A stretch of DNA of 64,000 bases from Gloeobacterales cyanobacterium (GTDB lineage Bacteria > Cyanobacteriota > Cyanobacteriia > Gloeobacterales > PMM-0068), in NCBI GenBank assembly GCA_038245785.1, contig JBBRSB010000017.1, positions 28,302 through 92,301 on the forward strand, given 5' to 3'. Position 1 is the first letter of the stretch; each line of letters opens with the position of its first letter. The translations under genes and the position numbers were made by a program. The notes beneath the pieces are model-generated. The model was not told where the DNA came from. It saw only the letters and a program-made list of their open reading frames with translations, and made no database searches. Positions 19,733-29,953 of this stretch are shown here, one piece after another.

Positions 19733-20976
19733 AACGAATTTTTGTCCCTTTGGCTCTTACTCTGCTGCTAGTCAGTTGCGGCCAATCCAAAGACTCGATG
19801 AAAGCGGAGAATCCTTCTGAGGCGGGTAAGACTCCAGAAGCTGCTGCCGCTGCTACTGCTAAGCCGAAAGGTAGGGTTACCTTAACGGAACAGATGAAGA
19901 AAAACGCCAATATCCATGTAGAACCTGTCATCCGCCAACCGCTTAGCCAATCCGCCACCTACAGCGCGGTGATCCAACCGTCAGAAACCAGATCTGGAGC
20001 CGTTTCTCCCTTGGTCGGAGGAGTCGTCACCCAGATGCTGGCCGATATTGGAGATCCGGTCCGCAAAGGTCAACCCGTTGCCCTGATCAACACGACCGAA
20101 ATAGGCAAGTACCAAGAACAGATTCTTTCCGCTCAGTCACAAGTGCAAGCCGCTCAGTCAGCGCTTAAACTCGCTCAAGGCCGTCGGGAATTGGTACGTC
20201 AAGAAGTCAAGCGCGAAACCTATTTGGTCCAAAAAGGGATTAGTGCCCTGCAAGACCAGCAGCAGGCTCAGGGCAAGCTATCCCTCGCTGAAGTCGATGT
20301 CAGTAATGCCCAGGCGCAAGTGCGTCAGGCTAGAGTCACTGAACAGTCTGCCAAAAGTCAATTGCAAGCCTTGGGGTTCTCGGTAGGGTCTAGCATTTCG
20401 TCAACTCTGACCTTAAGAAGTCCAATCAGTGGCGTAGTCGTCACCCGCAATATTCAACCGGGTCAAGTCGTCAATCCGGGCCAGAGCTTATTTACGATTG
20501 CAGACCTTAGAGAAGTGTGGGTTGTGCTCCAAGTCCCTCAAGCCCAGGCCAGTGCTTTGCCTGATGGCACGCTTATCACTTTCACGACCGAAGCCGCTCC
20601 AGGCAAAGTATTTCGAGGTCGAATCACTGGACGGGCTCAAGATTTTGACCCCCAGACGCGCAACATTGGTATCCGAGCGACGGTCGTCAGTTCTAATCAA
20701 CTTCTCAAGCCAGGTTTAGCGGTCCTTGCTAAGGCTGAAACGAAAGGCACCCCTGCTCTAACTATCCCGACCAGTGCGCTGCAAGAAGTAGAGAAGAAAG
20801 ATGTGGTCTTTGTCCAAAAAGGCGATCTCTATCAGCTCAAAAATGTAACCGTAGGTCAGCGTACGCCTCAACGGGTCGAAATCACCCAGGGATTACAGGC
20901 GGGGGAACAGGTGGTGATAGACGGTTCCTTTGTCTTGAAATCAGAACTCCTCAAATCTAGTCTGGGAGGCGAATAG
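19729..20976 (+). CDS. CzcB-like RND periplasmic adaptor
   Basis: Lipobox LVSC, LRSPISGVV, IADLREVWV. Confidence 0.9.
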   Translation: MKRIFVPLALTLLLVSCGQSKDSMKAENPSEAGKTPEAAAAATAKPKGRVTLTEQMKKNANIHVEPVIRQPLSQSATYSAVIQPSETRSGAVSPLVGGVVTQMLADIGDPVRKGQPVALINTTEIGKYQEQILSAQSQVQAAQSALKLAQGRRELVRQEVKRETYLVQKGISALQDQQQAQGKLSLAEVDVSNAQAQVRQARVTEQSAKSQLQALGFSVGSSISSTLTLRSPISGVVVTRNIQPGQVVNPGQSLFTIADLREVWVVLQVPQAQASALPDGTLITFTTEAAPGKVFRGRITGRAQDFDPQTRNIGIRATVVSSNQLLKPGLAVLAKAETKGTPALTIPTSALQEVEKKDVVFVQKGDLYQLKNVTVGQRTPQRVEITQGLQAGEQVVIDGSFVLKSELLKSSLGGE

Positions 20977-20978
20977 GA

Positions 20979-23900
20979 ATGAAGGTTGCTCCTAAATCAG
21001 TGGTTCGGCCTGTAGACGCTGTACGTCCTGAAACAACATATAAAGGTGTTGAAAAATGGGTCTCAGGAGCGCTGCGGCAGCGCGTATTGGTCGTGGTTGC
21101 CCTGGTCCTGGCCGCTGGGATAGGGGCCTATACGTTTTTTCAGCTACGCATTGATGCCGTACCAGATATCTCCAATATCCAAGTTACGGTAACGGCCAAT
21201 GCACGGGGAATGGCTCCTCAGGAATCGGAGCAATACATTACCTATCCGATTGAGAATGCACTCCAGGGGATGCCCCGATTGGTGGAGCTGCGTTCGATTT
21301 CCAAATACGCCCTGTCGCAAGTGACGGCTGTCTTTGAAGATGGGACCGATATCTACTGGGCGAGACAACAGGTTTCTGAGCGCCTGGCTAAAGCTCGAGA
21401 CCAGATGCCTAAGACAGGGGTTTCTGTTGACCTGGGGCCAATTGCGACGGGTTTAGGAGAAATCTATCAATTTGAAGTGCGCGGACCGGGCTACTCTCTG
21501 GCAGAGCTGCGGGATATCCTCGACTGGCAGATTAAGCCTGTCCTCAAATCCTCTGCTGGCGTGGAAGAAGTCCAGTCTATGGGTGGCCAACCCAAGGAGT
21601 ATCAAGTCCAGATAGATCCGGACAAGTTGCGCAGTTACGGCTTGACGCTCCATCAGGTGATGACTTCCCTGGAAATGAACAATGCTAACTCTGGGGGCGG
21701 CTATACCGTCGTCAATGGCAACCAGATTCTGCTGAGAGCGGAGGGGTTACTGAAAACTCCGGAAGATATCGGTTCTGTCGTGATCTCAGGCCATGATTCA
21801 GCTTCTGGTCCAGAACCAATGGCTGGACGAAGGAATGACCCAAACATCAGTTCCCAAGTAACCAGTCACGGTGGCGTTATTCGCGTTCAAGATATTGGTT
21901 CTGTCGTTATCGGCAAGAAGCTTTCTCAGAGTGTCGTTACCCAGAACGGTCAGGGTGAAACCACGATTGGCATCGTCGTCATGCGCAAGGGCGAGAACTC
22001 TGAACAGGTCGTCCGAGGGGTTAAGGAAAAGCTCGCAGAACTCGCTCCTAGTTTGCCCAAAGGCGTGAAGATTGTTCCTTTCTATGACCGTTCTGTTCTG
22101 ATTGACAAAACGATTGAAACGGTCTGGCACAACTTGGTAGAAGGGGCGATTCTCGTCGTTCTAGTCCTCTTACTGCTTCTGGGCAATCTCCGAGGTGGGA
22201 TTATCGCGGCTTCTGCTATTCCACTGGCGATGATGGGTGCGGTTGGTTTCCTCGTTTTGACCAATACTTCAGGAAATTTACTTTCTCTGGGAGCGATTGA
22301 CTTCGGGATTTTGATCGATGGTTCGGTCGTCATGGTGGAGAATATTCTGCGCCGTTTGGCCGAAGAAAAACCGGAGCCAGAAGACCGCCTAGCGGTGGTT
22401 CAAGAGGCGGCGACGGAAGTAGCCCGTCCGATTCTGTTTGCGGTTGGCATCATCATCGTTGTTTACCTGCCGATTCTCTTTCTCACCGGAGTGGCGGGTA
22501 AAACCTTCCAGCCGATGGCGCTTACGGTCGTTTTTGGTCTGATCACGGCATTGTTTATTGCGCTGTTCATCACGCCTGTCATGGCGTACTTCTTGATTCG
22601 CAAAGCCCCAGAGGAGAAAGAGACTTTTATCCTCAGAGCTGTCCGGCCTGCCTATGAACGAGCCTTGCGATTCTGCACGGGGCATCCTTTGTTGACCGCT
22701 TTGGTGGCTTTGGGCGTTTTTGTTATTAGCCTCTTGCCCATCCCCTTCTTAGGCTCAGAATTTATCCCTAACTTAAAAGAAGGGTCTTTAGTGCTCACGG
22801 TCAATCGCCCGATCTCCGTATCTCTTGCAGAATCGGCCAAACAGACTACGCTCATGGAAAAAGTGGTACGTGAATTTCCGGAAGTGGAGTCTGCCGTGGC
22901 GCGAACAGGTCACTCTGAAGAGGCCTTTGACCCAATGGGACCCGATGAAACAGACTTTTTCATCATGCTCAAACCTCAGTCTGAATGGAAGAATGCTAAG
23001 ACGCAGCAGGAACTGGAAGACCTCCTCAGTAAGCGTTTGGCTGAAACCGTACCCGGAGCCGCTATCGCTTTTGGTCAGCCGATTGAGCAACGGATGAATG
23101 AGTTGATTGCTGGAGCAAAGGGAGATGTGGCAGTTCGTGTCTTTGGACCGGATTTAAAGGTCCTCGCAGAGGTGGGCAATAAGGTCAGTAGGGTCTTGTC
23201 TAAAGTTCAAGGGAGCAGCGACCTGAAAGTCAGTCAGGTAGAAGGCTTGCCTGTGGTCACGACCCGTCTCAATCGCCCCGCTTTGAGTGCCTATGGCGTG
23301 GATGCTCAGGAAGTTTTGGATACTATTTCTTCTGCCGTCGCTGGCAACGTAGTCGGTACGATCTATCAAGGTAAGCCCCGCTATGACCTGAGTGTGCGCT
23401 TTGCACCCCAGAGTGTGACCCAGCTTGATGACTTGAAAAAACTCCCAGTTAGTACGCGCTCTGGGCAAACCATTCCTTTGAGCCAGGTGGCAACGGTAAC
23501 GCTAGAAGATGCTCCAGCCGAGATCGCTCACCAGTCGGGAGACCGGAATCTTCTGGTACAGCTCAACGTGGCCAATCGTGACCTGGGCGGATATATAACG
23601 GAAGCGCAAAAAGTAGTAAATGAACAAGTGCAGCTGCCTGCTGGTTATCGTTTGCAATGGGGCGGACAGTTTAAAAACCTCCAGGAAGCGCAAGCCCGTC
23701 TCTTTGTTCTAGTCCCTGTGGCCCTCCTCCTGATTTTCACTCTGTTGTATGCCACCTATGGCAGTTTCCGTCCAGGGCTTCTAATCTTCCTCAACATTCC
23801 GCTGGCGCTGTCCGGTGGTTTGATTGCCCTTGCCCTTCGGGGAATGCCTTTATCGGTTACTGCAGGAGTCGGTTTTATCGCGCTCTTTGGTGTAGCCGTT

Positions 23901-24221
23901 CTCAACGGTGTGGTCTTGGTTTCTACGATTCGCAAGTATGAGCAAGAAGAGGGCCTGACGCCAGCACAAGCAGCCTACAAGGGAGCTAGTCTCAGATTGC
24001 GTCCTGTCCTGATGACGGCACTGGTCGCTTCTCTGGGCTTTCTGCCGATGGCCGTAGCTACCAGCCTTGGAGCAGAAGTCCAGCGTCCTTTAGCCACGGT
24101 AGTTATCGGTGGATTGATCACCGCTACAGCGTTGACACTGCTGGTTCTGCCTACTTTGTACCCGGTCATCTGCGGTAGAGATGGTTTTAGGACTCTCTTT
24201 TCCAAGCGTGAGCAAGCGTAA
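20979..24221 (+). CDS. CusA/CzcA-family heavy-metal efflux RND permease
   Basis: IDAVPDISN, GAIDFGILIDGSVVMVEN, AEVQRPLATVVIGG. Confidence 0.95.
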   Translation: MKVAPKSVVRPVDAVRPETTYKGVEKWVSGALRQRVLVVVALVLAAGIGAYTFFQLRIDAVPDISNIQVTVTANARGMAPQESEQYITYPIENALQGMPRLVELRSISKYALSQVTAVFEDGTDIYWARQQVSERLAKARDQMPKTGVSVDLGPIATGLGEIYQFEVRGPGYSLAELRDILDWQIKPVLKSSAGVEEVQSMGGQPKEYQVQIDPDKLRSYGLTLHQVMTSLEMNNANSGGGYTVVNGNQILLRAEGLLKTPEDIGSVVISGHDSASGPEPMAGRRNDPNISSQVTSHGGVIRVQDIGSVVIGKKLSQSVVTQNGQGETTIGIVVMRKGENSEQVVRGVKEKLAELAPSLPKGVKIVPFYDRSVLIDKTIETVWHNLVEGAILVVLVLLLLLGNLRGGIIAASAIPLAMMGAVGFLVLTNTSGNLLSLGAIDFGILIDGSVVMVENILRRLAEEKPEPEDRLAVVQEAATEVARPILFAVGIIIVVYLPILFLTGVAGKTFQPMALTVVFGLITALFIALFITPVMAYFLIRKAPEEKETFILRAVRPAYERALRFCTGHPLLTALVALGVFVISLLPIPFLGSEFIPNLKEGSLVLTVNRPISVSLAESAKQTTLMEKVVREFPEVESAVARTGHSEEAFDPMGPDETDFFIMLKPQSEWKNAKTQQELEDLLSKRLAETVPGAAIAFGQPIEQRMNELIAGAKGDVAVRVFGPDLKVLAEVGNKVSRVLSKVQGSSDLKVSQVEGLPVVTTRLNRPALSAYGVDAQEVLDTISSAVAGNVVGTIYQGKPRYDLSVRFAPQSVTQLDDLKKLPVSTRSGQTIPLSQVATVTLEDAPAEIAHQSGDRNLLVQLNVANRDLGGYITEAQKVVNEQVQLPAGYRLQWGGQFKNLQEAQARLFVLVPVALLLIFTLLYATYGSFRPGLLIFLNIPLALSGGLIALALRGMPLSVTAGVGFIALFGVAVLNGVVLVSTIRKYEQEEGLTPAQAAYKGASLRLRPVLMTALVASLGFLPMAVATSLGAEVQRPLATVVIGGLITATALTLLVLPTLYPVICGRDGFRTLFSKREQA

Positions 24222-24250
24222 AAAATCTCAGAAAAGTTTTGGAGTTTGCT

Positions 24251-25021
24251 ATGCCGATTATTACCCTCCTCAGTGATTACGGAATTGATAACAGTACAGT
24301 CGGTCTGCTCAAAGGGGTCATTCTTTCTGGGGCTCTTCAGACGATTTTGGTTGACCTGACCCATCAATTGCCCTCCCAAGACCTGATGACGGCTCAATTT
24401 GAGTTGGGCAGGGCCTATCGGTCATTTCCAAAAGGTACCGTTCACTTGGCCGTTGTAGACCCTGGAATTTCTAGCAAAGCGCGACCGGTCGCTTTTCAGG
24501 CAGGAGACTACTTTTTTGTTGGACCGGATAATGGCCTGTTTGAGACGGTTTTACGCCAGGAAGTTGTTTACAAAGCTGTTGTTCTAGAACCATCGCCCCG
24601 TCCAGAGACATTGGGCGTATTCCACGGGCGAGACTGTTATGCTCCGGCTGCTGCTCATCTAAGTCTGGGAAAATCGTTGCAAGATCTTGGTCAGTTTATA
24701 GATTCTCTATCTCTAAAACGTCTAGAAAAATATGCGCCGCAGCAGGAATCTGGCCATCTCGTGGGCTGGGTACAGCGGGTAGACCCTTTTGGCAATCTGA
24801 TTACCAATGTCCCCAATGCTTGGGTTTTGGTCGAAGAGCACTGGCGGATCCGCCTTGCAGGGCATACCCTGCTCTTTGATCCCGGCAAGATTTACCCTGA
24901 AAGTAGATTGCAGGTTCGCTTAGGAAGTATGGGGTTTATGGAAATTGCCTTTGAGGGAGAATCCGCATCCGACCATCTCAAGGCTGGGACTGGGTGCAAA
25001 GTCGAATGCTTCAAAGCATGA
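24251..25021 (+). CDS. SAM hydroxide adenosyltransferase / SAM-dependent halogenase family (DUF62), divergent
   Basis: ITLLSDYG, HLAVVDPG, GPDNGL, FHGRD, VDPFGNLITN. Confidence 0.88.
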   Translation: MPIITLLSDYGIDNSTVGLLKGVILSGALQTILVDLTHQLPSQDLMTAQFELGRAYRSFPKGTVHLAVVDPGISSKARPVAFQAGDYFFVGPDNGLFETVLRQEVVYKAVVLEPSPRPETLGVFHGRDCYAPAAAHLSLGKSLQDLGQFIDSLSLKRLEKYAPQQESGHLVGWVQRVDPFGNLITNVPNAWVLVEEHWRIRLAGHTLLFDPGKIYPESRLQVRLGSMGFMEIAFEGESASDHLKAGTGCKVECFKA

Positions 25022-25182
25022 CCTAAGGCCCGAAGCTTTAGGCATATAGGCTCAGCCAGTGCCTGAAAGGAGGCTGTAGCCTGTATATAAGAACTTTTGC
25101 ATTGTTGACCACGGCGCAGTGCTTTTAATTTATAACTAAATAACGATATAGTAGTAGAAGGACAGGGATTTGGAGGTCGAAG

Positions 25183-25890
25183 ATGAACACGCTACTGTTT
25201 CGCCAATTGTTCGATGCTGAATCCAGTACCTACACGTATCTGATTGCAGATATACCGACCAAGTCAGCCATTCTTGTAGACCCTGTGCTAGAGCAAGTAG
25301 ACCGGGACCTGAAGCTGCTTCAGGAACTGGGTCTTACCCTGCGCTACTGTCTAGAAACCCATGTTCATGCTGACCATATCACGGGAACGGCTCGGCTACG
25401 CGAGGCCACGGGCTGTAAAGGGATTGTCCCTGAGCATGCCCATAATGACTGTGCTGACCGCTTCATCCGAGATGCAGAGAAGTTAGTGCTTGGGCAAATC
25501 ACGATTGAAGCGATAGCCACTCCAGGACATACCGATAGTCATATGGCCTATCTCCTTAATGGTGACCGAGTATTAACGGGAGATGCCCTGCTCATCAGAG
25601 GCTGTGGTCGTACAGATTTTCAAAGTGGCGATGCCGGAACGTTGTTTGACTCCGTAACCAAGAAACTGTTCACCTTGCCCGATGACACGCTAGTCTATCC
25701 GGCTCATGACTATCGAGGCCATACGGTTTCTACCATCGGCGAAGAAAAGCAGTGGAACGCTCGATTTGCCGGTCGTGACCGCCCTGATTTCATCGAGTTT
25801 ATGACGCATCTCGTCTTGCCACAGCCCAAAAAAATTATGGAAGCGGTTCCTGCCAATGAGCACTGCGGGAATGTTCCAGTCTCTAAATGA
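25183..25890 (+). CDS. ETHE1-like persulfide dioxygenase (MBL fold)
   Basis: ETHVHADHITG, TPGHT, GCGRTDFQ, YPAHDY. Confidence 0.9.
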   Translation: MNTLLFRQLFDAESSTYTYLIADIPTKSAILVDPVLEQVDRDLKLLQELGLTLRYCLETHVHADHITGTARLREATGCKGIVPEHAHNDCADRFIRDAEKLVLGQITIEAIATPGHTDSHMAYLLNGDRVLTGDALLIRGCGRTDFQSGDAGTLFDSVTKKLFTLPDDTLVYPAHDYRGHTVSTIGEEKQWNARFAGRDRPDFIEFMTHLVLPQPKKIMEAVPANEHCGNVPVSK

Positions 25891-25936
25891 TCCATTTCCA
25901 AAATCAACGGTTAATCAGAAGAGGTAGAAAGCAAAA

Positions 25937-26149
25937 ATGAACATTCTCCAGGAGCAAAGAGTCCATGAAGTTGATGCCCCAACTCTAAAACAGTGGCTAG
26001 AGCAACAAGCAGTTGTGCTCTTGGATGTACGAGAAGCAGCTGAACATGCCAGAGAGAAGATTCCAGGAGCTATCCATAGCGCTTTGTCCGCCTTCAATCC
26101 AGCGCAGTTGCCGCAAGACCGAAAAGTGGTGTCGGTTAACTCCTTTTGA
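25937..26149 (+). pseudogene. Truncated rhodanese-domain protein
   Basis: LLDVRE..E...IPGA present; ORF ends just before the expected catalytic Cys loop. Confidence 0.7.
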
Positions 26150-26155
26150 GGGGAA

Positions 26156-26950
26156 ATGATGACTTCGCTCTGGTTTATTGGCCATGTCCTAGCTACATTT
26201 ATTGGCCTGAGTTTGGGACTAATTGGCGGAGGTGGATCAATTCTCGCTTTGCCAATCTTGGTCTATGTCATGGGAGTCCCCCTCAAACCAGCGGTGGCGA
26301 TGACGCTTATGATTGTGGGGACTGTTAGCTTGCTGGGGATGATTCCTCACTGGCGAGCTGGTAATGTCAACCTCAAAAAAGCTGCTCTGTTTGGCCCTGC
26401 GACTATGGTTGGTGCTTTTTTGGGAGCCCGGCTAGCTGGCCTGGTTACGGATACGTTCCAGATGCTGTTATTTGCGGCGGTGATGCTCATCGCTGCCGCT
26501 CTGATGCTCCGTGACAAAAAAGCGCTCGTACCAACAGGAACTTTAGAAGAGGGCGTCTATGTTGAACCTGTGTGCAAGTACTGCTGGCTATGGCTACTAA
26601 CGGAAGGGGTCGCGGTTGGTGTCCTGACTGGATTGGTTGGGGTCGGAGGTGGTTTTGCCGTGGTTCCGGCCCTGGTCCTTTTGGGAAATACCTCAATGAA
26701 AGAAGCGATTGGTACTTCGCTGTTAATTATTGCCCTGACCTCTATTACAGGTTTTCTGGGCTATCTCGGTCGTGTGGACTTGAACTGGGGACTGATGGGC
26801 TCATTTATCGTGGCTGCAAGTCTCGGGACCGTAGGCGGTGCTTATCTATCTCAGTTTGTCCGAGCGAGTCAACTGCGCAAGGGTTTCGCCTTCTTTCTGC
26901 TGGCGATGGGAGCCTTTATCCTATTCCAAAACCGAACTATATTTTTGTAA
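26156..26950 (+). CDS. TauE/SafE sulfite exporter family protein
   Basis: GLIGGGGSIL and GLVGVGGGF repeats, multiple TM helices. Confidence 0.9.
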   Translation: MMTSLWFIGHVLATFIGLSLGLIGGGGSILALPILVYVMGVPLKPAVAMTLMIVGTVSLLGMIPHWRAGNVNLKKAALFGPATMVGAFLGARLAGLVTDTFQMLLFAAVMLIAAALMLRDKKALVPTGTLEEGVYVEPVCKYCWLWLLTEGVAVGVLTGLVGVGGGFAVVPALVLLGNTSMKEAIGTSLLIIALTSITGFLGYLGRVDLNWGLMGSFIVAASLGTVGGAYLSQFVRASQLRKGFAFFLLAMGAFILFQNRTIFL

Positions 26951-27502
26951 TCAACCTGGGCCGAAAACTACTCATTGAGATAGCAAGATCACAATAAAAT
27001 TCACAAGATTCGCGCAAAGAAGGTAGCCATTTTTTATTCATATCTAAATGACTTAGATGCTTATTTTTCATGAAAGATAGTGATCTGTAATTTCACATAA
27101 TGCCACTAGCATAGACTGGGACAAGTTATATGATTTTATCTTGAAGATCTACTGATATGCTGACAATTCGCTTTAATAAAGCTATCTGCGAGATAGTCTG
27201 AAATGCTTTCTCCAAAAGCTTTTTGCTTGTTTTAATATATGGATTCTATGCATTTTTTTCTTAGCGTAATGCATGCATCTGACCTTCTGAAAAGCATGTT
27301 ATTCCTGATCTTGCGATTTGAATAATTAAAGAGTTCTGATTAAACTCCTCAGTTATTCCTATACAAGTCTGGAAGGTCCGGGATCAATGATAAGGTGTAT
27401 CACGTGATACCTGATATTTGTTCATCCTATACCATTCAATGGCTATGGGCTGACAAGTGTTGGGTAGTTTCGCTTGTCAATCTAAACGTGAAAGAGTGAA
27501 AA

Positions 27503-29323
27503 ATGCTTAGACAAAAACTTGTTCTTCTCGGTTCTGCTTTCTTTCTACAAACCATGCTTTCAGGACAGCTCGCTAGCGCTGCAACCTATTATGTTTCTCC
27601 TAGTGGGAGTGACAGTAATCCAGGCACAGAGTCCTCTCCTTTCCAGACATTTGGGAAGGCCAAAGACGTAGTTCGCTCAACACCTAAGACTGAGCAGATT
27701 ACCGTTTACATCAGACAGGGAACCTATAGCCTGACTCAGCCTTTGGCTTTCAATGAAAGTGATAGTGGTCAGCCGGGGGCTAAAGTCCGCTGGCAGGGTT
27801 ATCCGGGTGAAAGTGCAGTGATCAGCGGAGGACGTTCCCTGACAGGGTGGACTGCTGTTGGTGATGGCAGCTATAAGGCCAGTGCCCAAGGTCTGAATTT
27901 CCGACAGCTCTATATCAATGGCAAGCGAGCCATACGGGCCAGAAACCCAAATTTAGGCAGTGGGAGCGACTATTTCAGACTGAAAGGACCTAATCCGAAT
28001 GATCCATACTCTGCCTATAACAAGACCGACAAACTGGTTGGCGTAAACTGTGCGGATATTGCAGGCGTTCCCAAAGGGGCCGAACAGATTATTCAACGCT
28101 CATGGAATGAAGCTCGAGTGAGACTTATGGCCTCCACCTGTTATGGAGATTTTGCATGGGTTGCTCATCAAAGCCCAGATAGAGATATTCTCTTTGCAAA
28201 TGCAGACGATAGCACTAGCTACAGTAGCCAGCCTTATCACTGGGAGGGTGCCAAAGCATTCCTCGATAGTCCTGGTGAATGGTTTTTAGATAATAACGCC
28301 GACACTGTTTACTATCGCCCTCTGTCTGGGGAATCCATTACGCAAGCTACGGCTCCAGTCTTAGAAACTCTACTGGAACTGAAAGGGTTAAATCGTGCTT
28401 ATGATGGGCCATCTTCCCCTGTCCATGACCTGGAATTTGCTGGCTTGGTCTTTCAGGATACAGGATGGACTTTTCCAGATACCCAAGGGTACCAAGGAGT
28501 TCAGGCAGGAATAATCCAATTTAGCCAGGGAGGACAAATTGTTAATAGCACTACGCAACGAAACCCCACTACGAGTGCCGTCAAACTGTCTTTCACTCAG
28601 GATGTCTTATTCGAAGGCAACCAATTCCAGCATATGGGTGGTGATGCCATTAATCTCTTCCTTGGCAATCTCCGGACCAATCTAAATGCAAATACGATTT
28701 CTGATGTTAGCGGTAATTGCATCACGGTAGAAGGTGGAATTATTAACTCTGGAGCAGATAGCGAGAAGGTCGTCGACAACACGATCTCGAACAATCGGAT
28801 ATCTCGTTGTGCTCAGGATTACTATGGCTCCGTAGGCATCGCCGGGTACTTTGTGAATGGACTGAAAATTGTTCACAATGAAATCTCTGATATGCCCTTC
28901 TCCGGCATTAGTTTGGGATGGGGACATACGACCTCAAAAACCAATTTGCAAGACAATTTGGTGAGTCAAAACAATATCCATGATGTGATGAAGTTATTGA
29001 ATGATGGCGGAGGTATTTATACCATCTCTTACCAGCCAGGGACCGTCATCGAGAAAAACTGGATTCATAATATTGAGCGCTCTGTTTGGGCTCATGTCTA
29101 TCCGATTGCCGGGATCTATCTGGATAATGGCTCTAGTGGAATCACTGTTAGAGACAACATCCTTCAAGGGAGCACCGCAACGAGAGCACAAGGAGGACTA
29201 CCTGCTGTGCGACTCTTTGAAACGGTATATCAACAAACAAGAGGACTTCCTGCTCAGAATAATTCGATTAGCAATAACGAAGGATCTGACCAGAATATGA
29301 TCAACAGCGCTGGCCCGCAGTAA
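27503..29323 (+). CDS. Secreted right-handed parallel beta-helix protein (polysaccharide-active, GH141-like)
   Basis: Signal peptide, YYVSPSGSDSNPGT, LDSPGEWF, DGGGIYT, GIYLDNGSS. Confidence 0.8.
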   Translation: MLRQKLVLLGSAFFLQTMLSGQLASAATYYVSPSGSDSNPGTESSPFQTFGKAKDVVRSTPKTEQITVYIRQGTYSLTQPLAFNESDSGQPGAKVRWQGYPGESAVISGGRSLTGWTAVGDGSYKASAQGLNFRQLYINGKRAIRARNPNLGSGSDYFRLKGPNPNDPYSAYNKTDKLVGVNCADIAGVPKGAEQIIQRSWNEARVRLMASTCYGDFAWVAHQSPDRDILFANADDSTSYSSQPYHWEGAKAFLDSPGEWFLDNNADTVYYRPLSGESITQATAPVLETLLELKGLNRAYDGPSSPVHDLEFAGLVFQDTGWTFPDTQGYQGVQAGIIQFSQGGQIVNSTTQRNPTTSAVKLSFTQDVLFEGNQFQHMGGDAINLFLGNLRTNLNANTISDVSGNCITVEGGIINSGADSEKVVDNTISNNRISRCAQDYYGSVGIAGYFVNGLKIVHNEISDMPFSGISLGWGHTTSKTNLQDNLVSQNNIHDVMKLLNDGGGIYTISYQPGTVIEKNWIHNIERSVWAHVYPIAGIYLDNGSSGITVRDNILQGSTATRAQGGLPAVRLFETVYQQTRGLPAQNNSISNNEGSDQNMINSAGPQ

Positions 29324-29340
29324 TATCTACTGGATCTAAA

Positions 29341-29373
29341 CAAGCCTGATTATCATGCAGATAATTGGGCTTG
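29341..29373. terminator. Hairpin between convergent genes
   Basis: CAAGCCTGATTATC-ATGCA-GATAATTGGGCTTG. Confidence 0.6.
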
Positions 29374-29392
29374 ATTAACAGTGGAAACGAGT

Positions 29393-29722
29393 CTAAGAAC
29401 CTAACCAATCTCGTAGTGAGTGATCCAAATTCGTAGCATCTGTGTTCGACAGGATGCCAATAGTTCTAATAATCAAATTTTGTTGTATTGTGTATAGCCC
29501 CCGTTTCACAGCCGAAGGGACATTCAACCCAGAAGTCTCCCAATTTTCCAGCACAAATTCACCAGACAAAAGAGGCGATAACTTACTAGTTAAGGGAACT
29601 ATAAAAACATCTTGAGAAAGATGGGGCGCACTAACGACAATGGCAGGCCTAACCTTGGAGTCTGATAAATCAGAAAAAGGATAGCGGACTAAAACAATGT
29701 CATGTTTCGAGTAATTTTGCAT
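29393..29722 (-). CDS. PemK/MazF-family toxin
   Basis: DIVLVRYPFSD...KVRPAIVVS...VPLTS. Confidence 0.88.
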   Translation of the reverse strand: MQNYSKHDIVLVRYPFSDLSDSKVRPAIVVSAPHLSQDVFIVPLTSKLSPLLSGEFVLENWETSGLNVPSAVKRGLYTIQQNLIIRTIGILSNTDATNLDHSLRDWLGS

Positions 29723-29900
29723 AGACATTGTCTTCTGTATTATCCCAAATTGCATCTAGAGAATTTTGACTGACCTGCTGCCAAAGCTCTCTTTCGCTAG
29801 AAGGTAATGTTACAAGTACTTCTGTTCCCTCAGGGATTTCAACATTTTCCAACAGCTCAACTTTGCCTGCTCTTACGATTGCGCGAATAGTATTCAACAT
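29700..29900 (-). CDS. Cognate antitoxin candidate (AF2212/DUF104-like)
   Basis: Small ORF overlapping the toxin start; GKVELLENVEIPEGTEVLVT, WDNTEDNVY tail. Confidence 0.7.
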   Translation of the reverse strand: MLNTIRAIVRAGKVELLENVEIPEGTEVLVTLPSSERELWQQVSQNSLDAIWDNTEDNVYAKLLET

Positions 29901-29953
29901 TTTTACACCTCCCATAGCGCTCCAAATTATTAGCCTTGTGCATGTACGAGGCT

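Noticed and set aside
24251..25021. Calling it a true fluorinase/chlorinase
   Set aside because: Retains the hydrolase-type VVDPG and FHGRD motifs; halogenase activity cannot be supported from sequence
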